Origin: Alphaproteobacteria bacterium
Lineage (GTDB): Bacteria > Pseudomonadota > Alphaproteobacteria > SP197
Reading direction: 5' to 3'
Assembly: GCA_964291415.2 (NCBI GenBank)
Contig: OZ219920.1
Coordinates: 1,184,001-1,248,000 of the forward strand
Length of the DNA stretch: 64,000 bases
Position 1 is the stretch's first letter. Each line of letters starts with the position of its first letter. Under the pieces are notes generated by a model. The model searched no databases. It worked only from the letters and a program-made list of their open reading frames with translations, and was not told the DNA's origin. Below, one piece after another: positions 42,007 through 51,959 of the stretch. The position numbers and the translations under genes were made by a program.

Positions 42007-43456
42007 ATGACAATTGCATTTCGGTCGGCAGAAGATCTTGCCGGCATGATCCGGCGCCGCGAAATCAGCGCGGTGGAACTGCTGGAGATCTACCTGGGGC
42101 GCATCGATGCCCTGGATACGACCATCAATGCCGTGATCTGGCAGGATCGCGAGGCAGCGCTCGAAACTGCGAGAGCTGCGGATTCACGAACCATCGCGGG
42201 TGATGATCTGCCGCCGCTGCACGGTGTGCCCATGACGATCAAGGAGAGCTTTGACGTCGCCGGCGCCCCCACCACATGGGGGGATCCGGCCTTCCGGGAC
42301 AACGTTGCCATACATGACTGCGTTGCCGTGGAACGTCTGAAGCGCGCCGGCGTGACTCTCTTTGGCAAGACGAATGTCCCGCTCAACCTTGCCGACTGGC
42401 AGAGCTTCAACGACATCTACGGGATCACCTCGAACCCCTGGGATACCGGACGCACGCCCGGGGGATCCTCGGGCGGCTCTGCCGCCGCCCTGGCCGCCGG
42501 ACTGACGGGTATCGAAACCGGCAGCGACATCGGTGCGTCGATTCGCAATCCGGCCCACTACTGTGGTGTTTTCGGTCACAAGCCGAGTTTCGGGATCTGC
42601 CCGCCCCGGGGGCAGGCCCTGCCCGGAGTCCTCACCGGAGCCGACATGGCCGTGATCGGACCGCTGGCGCGTTCAGCAGGCGACCTGGAGGTGGCGCTGA
42701 ACGTCATGGCGGGGCCGGATGTCCTCGATGCCGCCGGCTGGCGACTCGAACTTCCCGCCCCCCGCGCCCGCACACTCGGAGACTTGCGCGTCGCCGTGAT
42801 GCTCGAAAGCGGATTGTCCGAGGTGGACGGCGCCTACCTCGACATGCTGCAGGACCTGGTGGACGGCATTGCCCGCACGGGCGCCACGGTCAGCGATGCG
42901 GCGCGGCCCGACCTCGACATGCGCGATGCCCACGAGATTTACATTCAGCTGCTTCGCGCCGCCACCAGCGCACGGTTGCCCCAAGGAGAAGCTGGAGGAC
43001 TTCCAGGCGGCGCGCGCCCGGCTTGAGCCCGGCGACACCAGCTACTTTGCCCTGATGACCCGTGGCAACACCATGACCCATCGCGAGTGGATGGCTCTCA
43101 ATGAACGGCGTGAACACATCCGGTGGGCCTGGCACCGGTTCTTCGAGAGCTGGGACATTCTGATCTCGCCCGTCGCTGCTTCCACGGCCTTCCCTCATGA
43201 TCACTCCGGCGAACGGCACGATCGCACGATTCCGGTGAACGGCCACGAGGCCCCGACCACCGATCAGATGTTCTGGGCCGGATTTGGTCTCTTGGCCCTG
43301 CTCCCGGGAACCGTGGCCCCGGCCGGCATCAGCCGCGACGGCCTGCCGGGCGGGGTCCAGATCACCGGGCCGTGGCTGGGAGATCTCACGACAATCGAGG
43401 TGGCCCGCCTGATCGAGCGCGAGTTCGGCGGTTTCCAGCCGCCTCCCGGATTCTAG
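42007..43456 (+). pseudogene. Amidase-signature family enzyme split by a one-base frameshift
   Basis: Frame 1 has PMTIKES, GGSSGGS, GSDIGASIRNPA. The C-terminal half (KEKLED...WHRFF..WDILISP...GLPGGVQI...FQPPPGF) continues in the +1 frame after TTGCCCCAAG (~42976-42985). Confidence 0.8.
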
Positions 43457-43493
43457 ATCACCAACCTGATATCCCGGACGATGGAGAAATCTC

Positions 43494-44462
43494 GTGTCTG
43501 ATGACCTGCGCCTTCTGGTTCTGGCCGAAGACCCCGATGTCGTCGTGTCCGCCATCGAATCCCGGTTCTCCGGACTGCGGATGACCACGGTGGCGGACTT
43601 CGACATGCTCGGCGAGGCCATCGGATGCGATCCCCATGTCGCCTACACCGAGCGATTCAGGCCTGGTCCCTTCCCGCGCGACATCCTGTTCAGCCAGCCG
43701 TCCCTCAGGTTCGTTCATGCATCGGGGGTTGGGGTCAATCACCTTGTTCCCTGGGATCCGGCGCAGGTGGACGTGTGCAACGCCGCTGGCGTTCAGGATG
43801 AGGCAATGGCCCAGTTTGCCATTGCCCGGCTGATCGCCATGACCTGCCACTTCTTCCGCTATCACGATCAGCAGAAGCGAAGGATCTGGAAGGGGCACGA
43901 TGCCCTGCGCTCGACGGGAGGAACGCTGACCGTCGTCGGCCTCGGCAGGATCGGAAAGGCCTGTGCGCGGATCGCGGGAGCACTGGGCATGACAGTCCAT
44001 GGCGTCAAGGCCCGAGTGGAAGCCGTACCGGGAGTCTCACGCGTGGTGGGACCCGATGACATCAACGATGTTCTCTGCCTTTCGGATTACGTGATCATCG
44101 TCACACCACTCACCGAGGCCACGCGGGGCCTCATCGGACCAGAGGCCATCGCCGCGATGAAACCCGGTGTCATGATTCACAACATGTCGCGTGGCGGGGT
44201 GGTGGACGAAACGGCGCTTGTGGAAGCCCTGCGAAGCGGTCATGTGGGGGCCGCATCCCTGGATGTCTTCGAAACCGAACCGTTGCCCGCAACGAGCGTG
44301 CTCTGGGAGATGGAGAATGTGCACATCACGCCGCACAACGGAATCATGATGACCTGGGGCGACTACATCCACGACGCCATCGAGGTCTTCATGGCAAACC
44401 TCGACCGCTACATCAACGGTATCGCGCTGAAGAATGTCGTCGATCCCTCCAGGGGCTACTGA
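43494..44462 (+). CDS. D-2-hydroxyacid dehydrogenase
   Basis: VGLGRIG, PLTEATRGLI, NMSRGGVVDE, LDVFETEPL, ITPH. Confidence 0.9.
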   Translation: MSDDLRLLVLAEDPDVVVSAIESRFSGLRMTTVADFDMLGEAIGCDPHVAYTERFRPGPFPRDILFSQPSLRFVHASGVGVNHLVPWDPAQVDVCNAAGVQDEAMAQFAIARLIAMTCHFFRYHDQQKRRIWKGHDALRSTGGTLTVVGLGRIGKACARIAGALGMTVHGVKARVEAVPGVSRVVGPDDINDVLCLSDYVIIVTPLTEATRGLIGPEAIAAMKPGVMIHNMSRGGVVDETALVEALRSGHVGAASLDVFETEPLPATSVLWEMENVHITPHNGIMMTWGDYIHDAIEVFMANLDRYINGIALKNVVDPSRGY

Positions 44463-45596
44463 TCACGCCTGCAGCCAGGCCAGGGCAATGCGCCGGTAGA
44501 GTTCGACTGCCCTTTCGACATCGCTCACCATGACGTGTTCATCGGTCCTGCCACTCATGCCGAGGCGCCCCGGACCGATGATGACCATGGGAAGATCAAA
44601 GGCAGGCGACAGGACTGCTGCGTCGGAATAGTAGGATGCGCCGCCAGGTTGAGCCGGCATTCCACGTTCAGCCGAGACCACGTCAAGGCACAGGTGTGCA
44701 AAGGGATGATCGCGCGCAGTCTCGACCGCCGGCTTGTGATCGAGGCGCTCGAGTTCGAGGTCACGGCCGACATGATCGAGAATGTGCCTTTCTACCTCGT
44801 CGGCCACCATGCCCGGCAGCGTGCGGATGTCGATGTCGATTTCGCACCTGTCCGGGGTCAGGTTCACCACCGTTCCGCCCTCGATGCGTCCTGCGCTCAC
44901 GGTCGGCAGACCAAGAAGGGGATGCGGGCAAACGTCGAAACTCAGTGTACGCAGGTCGCACAGAACGTCGGTCATGCGTTCGATGGCGCTGCCGCGGGAT
45001 CCCTCCTCGGCCGACGGATGCCCCGATGACCCATGGGCGGTCAGACGCAGCCACAGGGCGCCCTTCTCCGCCAGCAGCACCTCCATCGACGACGGTTCGC
45101 TCACGAGCAGTGCTCCTGCGCCTTCCAGAGCGCGGGACCGAGAGAGTTCTGCTGCACCGAGACAGTTCGAGCTCTCCCCGGCGGTGAAGGCAAGCACAAG
45201 GTCACCGGTGAGCACCGCCGGTCCGGCCGCGAGTGATTCGGCGGCGACGATCATCGCCGCCATGCCGCTCTTCATGTCGGCTGCACCGCGGCCGTGAAGG
45301 GCGCCATCGACGATCTGCGCACCGAAGGGATCGTGGGTCCATTCTTCGTTGCCAAGCGGAACGGTGTCGAAGTGAGCGGAGAACACGAGAGCGGGCCGTT
45401 CTCCCCTCCCCTTGAGCCGTGCCACGACATTGGCCCGTCCGGAGGTGAATTCGTCGAGAACGCTGTCGATTCCGGCCCCCAGGAGACGATCGTGGACAAC
45501 TCGCGCCATGTCGATTTCGCAGCCAGGCGGATCGCGGGTGTCCATCCTGACCAGCGTCTGCAGAAGTTCCGTCACGCTGGACCGTTCCATGATCAT
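44463..45596 (-). CDS. M20 metallopeptidase, ArgE/DapE family
   Basis: SAHFDTVP, HGRGAADMKSG, TAGES, SEPS; the C-terminal His position appears replaced (GMSGRTDEH). Confidence 0.85.
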   Translation of the reverse strand: MIMERSSVTELLQTLVRMDTRDPPGCEIDMARVVHDRLLGAGIDSVLDEFTSGRANVVARLKGRGERPALVFSAHFDTVPLGNEEWTHDPFGAQIVDGALHGRGAADMKSGMAAMIVAAESLAAGPAVLTGDLVLAFTAGESSNCLGAAELSRSRALEGAGALLVSEPSSMEVLLAEKGALWLRLTAHGSSGHPSAEEGSRGSAIERMTDVLCDLRTLSFDVCPHPLLGLPTVSAGRIEGGTVVNLTPDRCEIDIDIRTLPGMVADEVERHILDHVGRDLELERLDHKPAVETARDHPFAHLCLDVVSAERGMPAQPGGASYYSDAAVLSPAFDLPMVIIGPGRLGMSGRTDEHVMVSDVERAVELYRRIALAWLQA

Positions 45597-45699
45597 CCCG
45601 CCTGCGTCATCCTGCGGGCACTCTGCCACGACACGTGCTCCTGACAAGACTGAAACGGCGGGATACGATGGACTCATCGTCGCCAGGAGGAGCGCAGTC

Positions 45700-47760
45700 A
45701 TGGCACGGGACAGCCGCTACGACATCCTCTTCAAGCCCATTGCCATCGGGCCGGTCACAGCTCCCAACAGATTCTACCAGGTGCCCCACTGCTCGGGCAT
45801 GGGATTTGCCCTTCCGCAGACCCTCAATGCCATGCGAGGGATCAAGGCCGAAGGCGGTTGGGGCGTCGTGTGCACCGAGTACTGCTCCATTGATCCTTCT
45901 TCAGATGATTTCGGTCACCACTACTGCACCCTGTGGGATGACGACGATGTCAGCGTTCAGGCCGCCATGGTCGAGGCGGTACACCGGCACGGATCGCTTG
46001 CCGGAGTTGAGTTGTGGCACGGCGGCTATGCCTCGAACAACGCTCTCACGCGGGTCATTCCGGCAGCTCCGATGTCCATGCCGGTGTGGCATGGCTTCAC
46101 GCAGACCAGGGCCATGGACAAGGCCGACATCCGGGAGTTCCGCCGTCTGCACCGGCTGTCGGCCCTTCGTGCCCGCGAAGCGGGATTTGATCTGGTCTAC
46201 GTCTATGCGGCGCACGGTTATCTTCCGGCCCAGTTCCTCTCGCCCGTCCAGAACCAGCGCTGTGACGAATACGGAGGCAGCTTCGAGAATCGGGCGCGGC
46301 TGATCCGGGAACTGCTGGAGGAGACCCGGGAGGCTGTCGGTGACCGGTGCGGCGTCGTGCTGCGCTTTGCCGTCGACAACCTCGATACCGACATGGGCAT
46401 CACGTGCGACGGCGAAGGACGTGATCTTGTCGAGTTCGTGGCCGAGCTTCCGGACCTCTGGGACGTCAATATCGCGAACTTTCCGGCCGACGCCCGTACC
46501 GCACGCTTCGCCGAAGAGGGTGCCCAGGAAGACTACATTGCCTTCGTCAAGCAGGTGACCACGAAGCCGGTTGTGGCGGTGGGTCGCTACACCTCGCCGG
46601 ACCGCATGGTGTCGGTCATCAACAAGGGACTCATGGATCTCATTGGCGCGGCCCGGCCATCGATCGCCGATCCCTTCCTCCCGGCCAAGATCCGTGACGG
46701 TCGCCTCGAGGACATCCGCGAGTGCATCGGCTGCAACATCTGCATCCTCAGCAACGGCCTGGGCGTGCCGTTGAGATGCACGCAGAATCCGACCATGGGC
46801 GAGGAATGGCGGCGTGGGTGGCATCCCGAGATCATTGCTGGGGCCTCGTCTGATGAGAAAGTGCTCGTGGTTGGCGCCGGACCTGCCGGACTTGAAGCGG
46901 CTCTCTCGGCCGGGCGCCGGGGCTACACGGTGGCGCTCGCCGAAGCCACCACCGAACTCGGAGGGCGGGTAAGCCGGGAGGCGACGCTGGCAGGCCTTTC
47001 GACATGGTCGCGGGTCAGGGACTGGCGACTGGGCCAGATCGACAAACTCCCCAACGTGGAGGTCTACCGGTCGAGCAGACTGAACGCCGAGCAGGTTCTG
47101 GAGTTTGGTTTCGGACACGTGTGCATCGCCACCGGCTCGACCTGGCGGCGCGACGGCACCGGACGCTCGAGCTTCTCACCATTCGAGGGGCATGACCTCG
47201 ACGGCGTCATCACGCCCGACGACGTCATGGAAGGAACGCCCGTCGACGGCCCGGTGCTGGTCTACGACGACGATCACTTCTACATGGGCGGTGTCATCGC
47301 CGAGACGCTCGCCGGACGCGGCGTTGACGTTGTGGTCGCCACCAGCTCCGGAATCGTGTCGCCCCTGTGTACCCATACACTCGACCAGGGACGCATCGAG
47401 GCCCGTCTCATCGAGATCGGTGTCGTCACCTTGACGTCGCGCCTGCTGCGCTCCTTCGATGGCAGCGAGGCGGTTCTTGCCCACGCATCGGGATCAAAGG
47501 ATGTCACGATTCCCTGCAGAAACATCGTCGTCGTCACGTCCCGCCAGCCTGCGGATGGCCTGTGGAGGGCGGTCATGGCCCGCCAGGCGAAGCATGACGG
47601 CGCCGGCCTGAAGAGCGTGCGCCGCATTGGAGACTGCGAGGCGCCGCAGACCATCGCCGCGGCAGTCCACGCCGGCCACCTCTATGCCAGGACTCTCGAT
47701 ACGGTGGATCACGTGAAGCGCGACCGGGTCCTGGTGGCGCCAGGCGGGGGCACTTCCTGA
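45700..47760 (+). CDS. Trimethylamine/histamine dehydrogenase-family flavoprotein (FMN, [4Fe-4S])
   Basis: RFYQVPHCSGMG (Cys for 6-S-cysteinyl FMN), YVYAAHGY, ARPSIADP, CIGCNIC-x11-C, VVGAGPAG; SD AGGAGG. Confidence 0.88.
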   Translation: MARDSRYDILFKPIAIGPVTAPNRFYQVPHCSGMGFALPQTLNAMRGIKAEGGWGVVCTEYCSIDPSSDDFGHHYCTLWDDDDVSVQAAMVEAVHRHGSLAGVELWHGGYASNNALTRVIPAAPMSMPVWHGFTQTRAMDKADIREFRRLHRLSALRAREAGFDLVYVYAAHGYLPAQFLSPVQNQRCDEYGGSFENRARLIRELLEETREAVGDRCGVVLRFAVDNLDTDMGITCDGEGRDLVEFVAELPDLWDVNIANFPADARTARFAEEGAQEDYIAFVKQVTTKPVVAVGRYTSPDRMVSVINKGLMDLIGAARPSIADPFLPAKIRDGRLEDIRECIGCNICILSNGLGVPLRCTQNPTMGEEWRRGWHPEIIAGASSDEKVLVVGAGPAGLEAALSAGRRGYTVALAEATTELGGRVSREATLAGLSTWSRVRDWRLGQIDKLPNVEVYRSSRLNAEQVLEFGFGHVCIATGSTWRRDGTGRSSFSPFEGHDLDGVITPDDVMEGTPVDGPVLVYDDDHFYMGGVIAETLAGRGVDVVVATSSGIVSPLCTHTLDQGRIEARLIEIGVVTLTSRLLRSFDGSEAVLAHASGSKDVTIPCRNIVVVTSRQPADGLWRAVMARQAKHDGAGLKSVRRIGDCEAPQTIAAAVHAGHLYARTLDTVDHVKRDRVLVAPGGGTS

Positions 47761-48681
47761 TTGAGCGCGCCGCAGGCGCCCTCCCCCACCCGCAGCGCGC
47801 TGCTCTCCGGAAACGGGGCAGCGCTCGTTCTCGTGGTTGCCTGGGGCATGAACTTTCCCCTGATCGAGCAGTTGCTGGGTCACTGGGACATCCTCTCGAC
47901 GACCCTGTCGCGCCAGATCATCGGAGCCACTCTCCTCGTCATGTTGCTGTGGATACGCACGCGACGCTTCCCGATCCATCGTGCTCTGCCCTGGCGGCGC
48001 ATGACCATCCTGGGGTTCATGGGTCCGTTCTGCGCATCACTGCTGACCACGCTCGCCGTCTTCTCTGCCGGATCCGTTGCGGTTGCCATCGTCTATGCCA
48101 TGGCGCCCCTGATCGCGGCCGTGGTGGCCCGGGTGTTCTTCGCCATTTCGCCCGCCCGGGGCATCATCATCGGCATCGCTCTGGCGGTGACCGGCGGACT
48201 CGTTGTCAAGATCCACGAATTCTCCAATGCGAGCATGACGGGGGGCGAAGGATTCATGTTTCTCGCCCTGGTGACCTGGACGTGGCATTCGATCGCCGCA
48301 CAGAGGTGGCTCAAGGGCTTCAGCCAGACGGAGATCGCCGCCTACACCATCCTGCCGGGAAGCATCCTTCTCACAGTGGCTGTGTTCATCGCCTGGGCAT
48401 CGGGCCTCGCAACCCTCAACGCACCGTTGACCGAAACCACGATCGTTCTCGCCGTCGCCATCGGTGTTGTGCCGATCGCCCTCGGCAACCTTATGTGGCA
48501 CGTCGGGGTCAACAGGCTGGGCGTGACCCCCATGGCTCTGTGGGGAAACCTGGTGCCGGTAGCCGCCATTGGCCTCGCTGCCTGGTTCGGCGCCGTACCG
48601 CAACCCGCACAGATCGCCGGCGGCCTCATCATTCTGGCCGGTGTCGTCTACGCCCAGGTCGCGTCACTCAGACAGCCATAG
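47761..48681 (+). CDS. DMT/EamA family transporter
   Basis: About 10 TM segments, AWGMNF, two EamA repeats, NLVPVAA. Confidence 0.85.
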   Translation: MSAPQAPSPTRSALLSGNGAALVLVVAWGMNFPLIEQLLGHWDILSTTLSRQIIGATLLVMLLWIRTRRFPIHRALPWRRMTILGFMGPFCASLLTTLAVFSAGSVAVAIVYAMAPLIAAVVARVFFAISPARGIIIGIALAVTGGLVVKIHEFSNASMTGGEGFMFLALVTWTWHSIAAQRWLKGFSQTEIAAYTILPGSILLTVAVFIAWASGLATLNAPLTETTIVLAVAIGVVPIALGNLMWHVGVNRLGVTPMALWGNLVPVAAIGLAAWFGAVPQPAQIAGGLIILAGVVYAQVASLRQP

Positions 48682-48900
48682 GCGAGAATCTGCGGCTGCG
48701 CTTGACTGCCGCCAATCCGACAAGCACGTCACGGCCACCGCTCGAAGGCGCCAAGTGTGTCCAGCATGACTACGATCGGGCGTGAGTGGCAACCCGTCCC
48801 CTACGACAGTATTCTGCTACCCGCATGTGTCTCGGGACAGTGATCGATCCCAATCCGGGCTTGTAGCGCACGTCCCGAAAACCTGTGTGAGGCATGGGGA

Positions 48901-49887
48901 ATGACATCACTGACCCTCTGGCAAAACATCGAGTCTCGCCTCGACTCGTCGCTCAAGGGCTGGCGAGGTCGGATCGACGATCTTGACCAGCTGGCGGCAG
49001 TCGAAGCCAGGTTGGCCGGCCAGACATGGAGCGACAATGAGACCTTCAAGGGGCTGTTGCTTGCGGTGCTGTCCAGCAACACCGACTGGTCGAAGATCGA
49101 GCGAATTCAGGATGAGTTGGCACAACTGTTTTCAGAATTCGATCTCGAATCGTTTGCCGAACTTCCGGCCTGCGAGGTCGGCGACCGGTTGCTGCCTTGG
49201 TTTCTCAACCGCAAGGCGGGGTCGATGACCCTCAAGCGGAACCTCGTCAATCTCATCGACGCCGCACGGTTGCTGAACGAGCACAGCCGCAATCACGGCA
49301 CAGCGGAAAGCTATTTCACCTCACTCTTGCGACATGTTGACGGAGACCCCAAACAGGCGGCGCTTCTCTTGGGATGCCGAAGCGAGTACAAGCTCCCCGC
49401 ATTCGGGGTGGCGTTGGCTGCCGAGGCACTCAAGAACCTTGGCTTCGACGTGGCCAAGCCCGACCGCCACGTCATCCGAGCCGTCGCTTCCTTCGGGCTG
49501 GTGCCCTTCCGGAATTGGCCCGACAGAACCGGCAGGTCTTCGCCAGCTGTCTCCTCCAGAACTTCCTATCTGGCAGTCATGGGAGCCGTGCAGGATCTTG
49601 CGACGGCTGCCGGCTTGCCTGTGGTCATGGTCGACAACGCTATCTGGCTACTATGCGCAAGGAGTGGTCTTTACCTTAGCAATCCGGAACTCGCCGAGAT
49701 GGCTCGCGAGAGCCGAGATACGACGGAACGCGCACAGACCCTCGGCTCACTGATCCGTTCCTGGGCGGAAGAGCAGGACGACGGTGAGCAACGGGAAACC
49801 ATTGAAGCCCTCGTCGATGGCCTGGATCGCGAGCGACTATCCCTGCGGAAGCTCTTTCCCGAGGAGTCGAAGGGGCGGAGCTGGTGA
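48901..49887 (+). CDS. HhH-superfamily (TAG/HhH-GPD-like) DNA glycosylase-like domain fused to a C-terminal antitoxin-like tail
   Basis: SDNETFKGLLLAVLS..TDWSKI..LFSEFD..FAEL (TAG-like), KLPAFGVALA (HhH), KPDRHVIR, VDNAIW; acidic tail LIRSWAEEQDDGEQRETIEALVDGLDRERLSLRKLFP. Confidence 0.6.
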   Translation: MTSLTLWQNIESRLDSSLKGWRGRIDDLDQLAAVEARLAGQTWSDNETFKGLLLAVLSSNTDWSKIERIQDELAQLFSEFDLESFAELPACEVGDRLLPWFLNRKAGSMTLKRNLVNLIDAARLLNEHSRNHGTAESYFTSLLRHVDGDPKQAALLLGCRSEYKLPAFGVALAAEALKNLGFDVAKPDRHVIRAVASFGLVPFRNWPDRTGRSSPAVSSRTSYLAVMGAVQDLATAAGLPVVMVDNAIWLLCARSGLYLSNPELAEMARESRDTTERAQTLGSLIRSWAEEQDDGEQRETIEALVDGLDRERLSLRKLFPEESKGRSW

Positions 49888-50330
49888 CGCGCACCATATT
49901 GCTTGACAGTGGTCCTCTTGGCTTGGTCACCAATCCCAGGGCGTCGTCGATAGCTGCAGATTGCGGGGATTGGGTCGTGAACGCAATCCGCCGCGGCGCG
50001 ACAGTGTTGGTGCCTGAAATTGCTGATTATGAGGTGCGCCGGGAACTCATCAGGGCGCAACGCGACGCTGGTCTTGCGCGCCTCGACGCATTCATCGAAC
50101 AAGTTGAATTCCTGCCCATTGAAACCGCCGCAATGCGCCGAGCCGCATCGTTCTGGGCCGAAGCGCGCCGACAAGGAAGACCGACTGCACCGGATCCTGC
50201 GCTCGATGGCGACGTGATTCTGGCTGCACAGGCAGCTATTCTCGACCGCACTGATGTCATCATTGCCACGACCAATGCGAGACACCTGTCACGTTATGTC
50301 CCCGCGGAACTCTGGACCAATATCACCTGA
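49884..50330 (+). CDS. PIN-domain (VapC-like) ribonuclease toxin
   Basis: ILLDSGPL, VPEIADYEVRREL, ALDGDVILAAQA, IATTNARHL; GTGA overlap with the upstream gene. Confidence 0.88.
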   Translation: MTRTILLDSGPLGLVTNPRASSIAADCGDWVVNAIRRGATVLVPEIADYEVRRELIRAQRDAGLARLDAFIEQVEFLPIETAAMRRAASFWAEARRQGRPTAPDPALDGDVILAAQAAILDRTDVIIATTNARHLSRYVPAELWTNIT

Positions 50331-50538
50331 GTTCCGGGCCAAGCAGTTTCCAGCCGTGCCACACGCGTCCGCCAACGCTCGCATCAGCAGCCCAGCGCAA
50401 CCGATGCCCACGGGAATGGCTGTCCTCGCCCGTGAGTTGTGTCTCTGTGCCGGATGCGTGTCCGACGCCGTCATCAGCTTCGGAGCCCCAAACACACGAA
50501 GTCCTCGATGACCGCGCGGGATGTGGGTTGCGCGGGAT

Positions 50539-51843
50539 TCAGTCGCGCATCAGTTTGCGGTCGGCACGCCTCATCCAGGCGGTGATGAGAGGCAGGAACC
50601 AGGGATTGCCACGGTAGAAGGGTATGGTACGGAAGGGTCTGTCCGTGAGTGCCGTCCTGGCGTCGCTGTCGCCGAGAATGCGCTGGGCCGTCTTGTGTCC
50701 GAGCCAGGTTCCCATCGGCACGCCGGACGCACACCAGCCCATGGCGTAGTGGATGCCGTCGGCAAATCCGTTGTGGGGCAGGAAGTCGAAGGGAAAGGCG
50801 ACCTGTCCGCTCCAGCAGTGTGTCAGTTTCGTTCCCTCGAGGTCCGGCACGACCCGCAGCAGCTCCCGATGAATCCGCTGCGCCTTGTCCGGGATCGATG
50901 TGCTCCCTTCTCCCGTGGTGCCGCCGAACAGCAACCTTGTCCCGTCCTCGGTGGGCCGCAACCACAGCGGTGAATTGCGGTTCTCGATCATCGGACGTCC
51001 CCGGGGCAGGACCTTCCTCATGAGAACCGGATCGATGGCCTCGGTGACGACGTTGAAGGCCTGGACCGGGACGACCCTGCGGCGATGCCAGGGAAGGGCC
51101 TTCGGCGTGTAGCCGTTGGTGGCGACCATGACGTCACGCGCCGCCACCCTGCCCTTCGGCGTGGAAACAACAAAACCCCTGCGTTGGCGTTCGACCCCGG
51201 TCACCGGACAGTATCCGATCACGGTCGCACCCTGGGCGCGGGCGCGGTCGAGCAGGCCCTGGTGGTACAGTCCGGCATGGATGAGGCCGTTGCCGTGCAG
51301 CACCTGGCCACCGTGGTAAAGATCGCTTGCCACCTCTTCTTTCAGCTTGTCGGGCGAGATCATGTCGGCCTCCACCGGAACCCCGTCGGCCTCCATCATC
51401 TCGAGGTCGCGTTCAAGCTTCTCGTACACCTTCCTCGAGGGTGCGGTGATGAGACGGCCCGTGTTCTGGTAGAAGCAGGCAATCTGCTCGTCGCGAATGA
51501 GGCCTGCCGCAAAGTCGTGAGCCGTGGCGGCCTCGCGGGCAATGTCACCGGCAGCCTCCCGGCCGATGCGCCTGACCATGTCGCCGTACTTGAACCACAC
51601 CGTGCGGCCGAGGTAGCCGGCATTGCGGGTGCTGGCGCCGTGACCTGCGGCCTCGGCATCGAGGACGAGAACATCCCGGCCCCCTCGCGCCAGGGTGAGT
51701 GCCGCCGACAGTCCGACATTGCCGGAACCGATGACCACGACATCCGTGCTGTCAGGTGGCGCCGACTCGTCGAGCCGGGGGCGCGGCGCGAGATCCCACC
51801 AGTACGATGCTTCCTTGAAACCCTGCGCGAACATGTCCTGCAT
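50539..51843 (-). CDS. FAD-dependent amine/amino-acid oxidoreductase (DAO/PuuB-like)
   Basis: SYWWD, VIGSGNVGLSAA, GASTRNAG, VATNGY, WSGQV, GWCASGV. Confidence 0.85.
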   Translation of the reverse strand: MQDMFAQGFKEASYWWDLAPRPRLDESAPPDSTDVVVIGSGNVGLSAALTLARGGRDVLVLDAEAAGHGASTRNAGYLGRTVWFKYGDMVRRIGREAAGDIAREAATAHDFAAGLIRDEQIACFYQNTGRLITAPSRKVYEKLERDLEMMEADGVPVEADMISPDKLKEEVASDLYHGGQVLHGNGLIHAGLYHQGLLDRARAQGATVIGYCPVTGVERQRRGFVVSTPKGRVAARDVMVATNGYTPKALPWHRRRVVPVQAFNVVTEAIDPVLMRKVLPRGRPMIENRNSPLWLRPTEDGTRLLFGGTTGEGSTSIPDKAQRIHRELLRVVPDLEGTKLTHCWSGQVAFPFDFLPHNGFADGIHYAMGWCASGVPMGTWLGHKTAQRILGDSDARTALTDRPFRTIPFYRGNPWFLPLITAWMRRADRKLMRD

Positions 51844-51959
51844 GGCCTTGAATCCCCGGGTACTGCAAGCCGCCGCCATCGCACAAGGAGAGTGGTGGCG
51901 CCTCCCCTGCCGATTGATATGATCCGCGCAACGCGGCTCGATCATGGGAGGAGAAAGCG

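Noticed and set aside
48682-50538. Mobile-element boundaries around the glycosylase-PIN module, and a 25-codon upstream ORF at 48766-48843
   Set aside because: No terminal repeats, target-site duplication, transposase or integrase seen by eye; the small ORF lacks an SD and any motif.
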